Assembly: GCA_036489445.1 (NCBI GenBank)
Contig: DASXFV010000038.1
Coordinates: 4,720 to 68,719 of the forward strand
Direction: 5' to 3'
DNA: 64,000 bases
Origin: Steroidobacteraceae bacterium
Lineage (GTDB): Bacteria > Pseudomonadota > Gammaproteobacteria > Steroidobacterales > Steroidobacteraceae
In this document: one piece after another, positions 63,432 to 64,000 of the stretch
How the letters are laid out: the number at the start of each line of letters is the position of its first letter
How positions within the stretch are numbered: the stretch's first letter is position 1
Notes under the pieces: generated by a model
What the model was told of the DNA's origin: nothing
Seen by the model: the letters and a program-made list of their open reading frames with translations, nothing else
Database searches by the model: none
Position numbers and translations under genes: made by a program

Positions 63432-64000
63432 ATGGTGTCCATGCTGTTCCTGGGCTTCAGCGCTGGGCTGCCCTACTACCTGGTGTATTTAACGCTCTCG
63501 GCATGGCTGCGTCAGGACGGCATTCTGCGCAGCACCATCGGCATGCTGTCCTGGGTGGGCCTGGTTTTCACGCTGAAAGTCCTCTGGGCGCCCGTCGTGG
63601 ACCGTGTGCCGCTGCCGGGCCTCAAGCGGCTACTCGGACGCCGGCGCAGCTGGCTGCTGGTCGCGCAGCTGGGCATTGTCGGCGCGCTCCTGAACCTGTC
63701 CACGGCGCACCCGGCCGTGAATCTGATGCAAGTGGCGTTGGGCGCGATATTTCTGGCGTTCTGTTCGGCCACCCAGGACATCGCTCTGGATGCCTGGCGT
63801 ATCGAGTCCGCACCGCCGGAGGAGCAGGGCGCCATGGCGGCGGCCTACCAGCTGGGCTATCGGGTAGCGGTCATCTGCAGCACCTTCGGCGCGCTGGATC
63901 TGGCCCAATCTGCGGGCTGGCATACCAGCTATGCCGCCATGGCCGCGCTGGGACTGGTGGGCGTGGTCACAACCGTGCTGGTGCGCGAGCCCCAACCCAA
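63432..64000 (+). CDS. ampG: AmpG-family muropeptide MFS permease, 5' part (3' end outside window; start uncertain)
   Basis: My translation in the frame of 63432: MVSMLFLGFSAGLPYYLVYLTLSAWLRQDGILRSTIGMLSWVGLVFTLKVLWAPVVDR..., collinear with E. coli AmpG (LGFASGLP...FKFLWSPLMDRY). Absent from the ORF track because it runs off the window. Confidence 0.8.
   Translation, partial: MVSMLFLGFSAGLPYYLVYLTLSAWLRQDGILRSTIGMLSWVGLVFTLKVLWAPVVDRVPLPGLKRLLGRRRSWLLVAQLGIVGALLNLSTAHPAVNLMQVALGAIFLAFCSATQDIALDAWRIESAPPEEQGAMAAAYQLGYRVAVICSTFGALDLAQSAGWHTSYAAMAALGLVGVVTTVLVREPQP

Noticed and set aside
1-64000. Search for CRISPR arrays, IS elements, transposases, integrases, phage genes, toxin-antitoxin pairs, rRNA and canonical tRNA genes.
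   Set aside because: No spaced direct-repeat array was seen, and no ORF shows DDE-transposase, tyrosine- or serine-recombinase, or phage structural signatures. The only hints of horizontal acquisition are compositional (2965-3384, 40393-40973, 58272-60004) and the DUF2182 remnant.

Overview
GC-rich (roughly two-thirds G+C by eye, not computed), densely coding chromosomal segment. It looks gammaproteobacterial: ftsYEX-rpoH and coaD-mutM-rpmG-rpmB-radC-coaBC-dut-pyrE are ordered as in E. coli. The xanthomonadin-type pigment genes suggest a Xanthomonadales/Nevskiales-like organism, which is inference only. I call about 60 protein genes. I recognise no rRNA, canonical tRNA, CRISPR array, transposase or integrase. 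Main blocks, left to right: (1) paired M16 peptidases and cbpA. (2) A compact xanthomonadin-type aryl-polyene (APE) cluster, 3.6-16.8 kb, with an FkbO/XanB2-type chorismatase, a flavin halogenase, ACP/KS/CLF, two hot-dog dehydratases, LolA-like and MMPL export genes, GT2 and LpxL-like acyltransferase, plus an unexpected PEP-mutase/isocitrate-lyase family gene. (3) gltBD. (4) A CHASE3-GAF hybrid histidine kinase, CheR, REC-less CheB and REC-kinase operon with no MCP. (5) A tightly packed operon of Tat-MBL hydrolase, CxxCH-bearing DUF1592, Tat-DUF1552 and secreted ankyrin protein, of unknown function, abutting a DUF2182 gene remnant. (6) DUF899, a wHTH-like protein, a beta-propeller protein and PhzF. 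(7) An AT-richer ~0.58-kb ORF-poor region with an intrinsic terminator, a strong orphan Shine-Dalgarno and a 65-nt cloverleaf-shaped element. (8) An OmpR/ChvI-like two-component pair, gcdH and an ACT-malic enzyme. (9) rpoH-ftsXEY, rsmD and coaD. (10) The housekeeping synteny block, interrupted by an AlkA-like glycosylase, hpnJ-hpnI-hpnL plus a TauD-family dioxygenase, and a lower-GC gene fusing a sigma-70 region-2-like domain to a ChrR-type cupin. (11) coaBC, dut, DUF4124, pyrE and partial ampG. Most interesting for follow-up: the sigma-r2/cupin fusion, the MBL-DUF1592-DUF1552-ankyrin operon, the MCP-less CheR/CheB kinase module, and the structured low-GC intergenic region. All family assignments come from reading the translated ORFs and recalling motifs. 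No database search was run.
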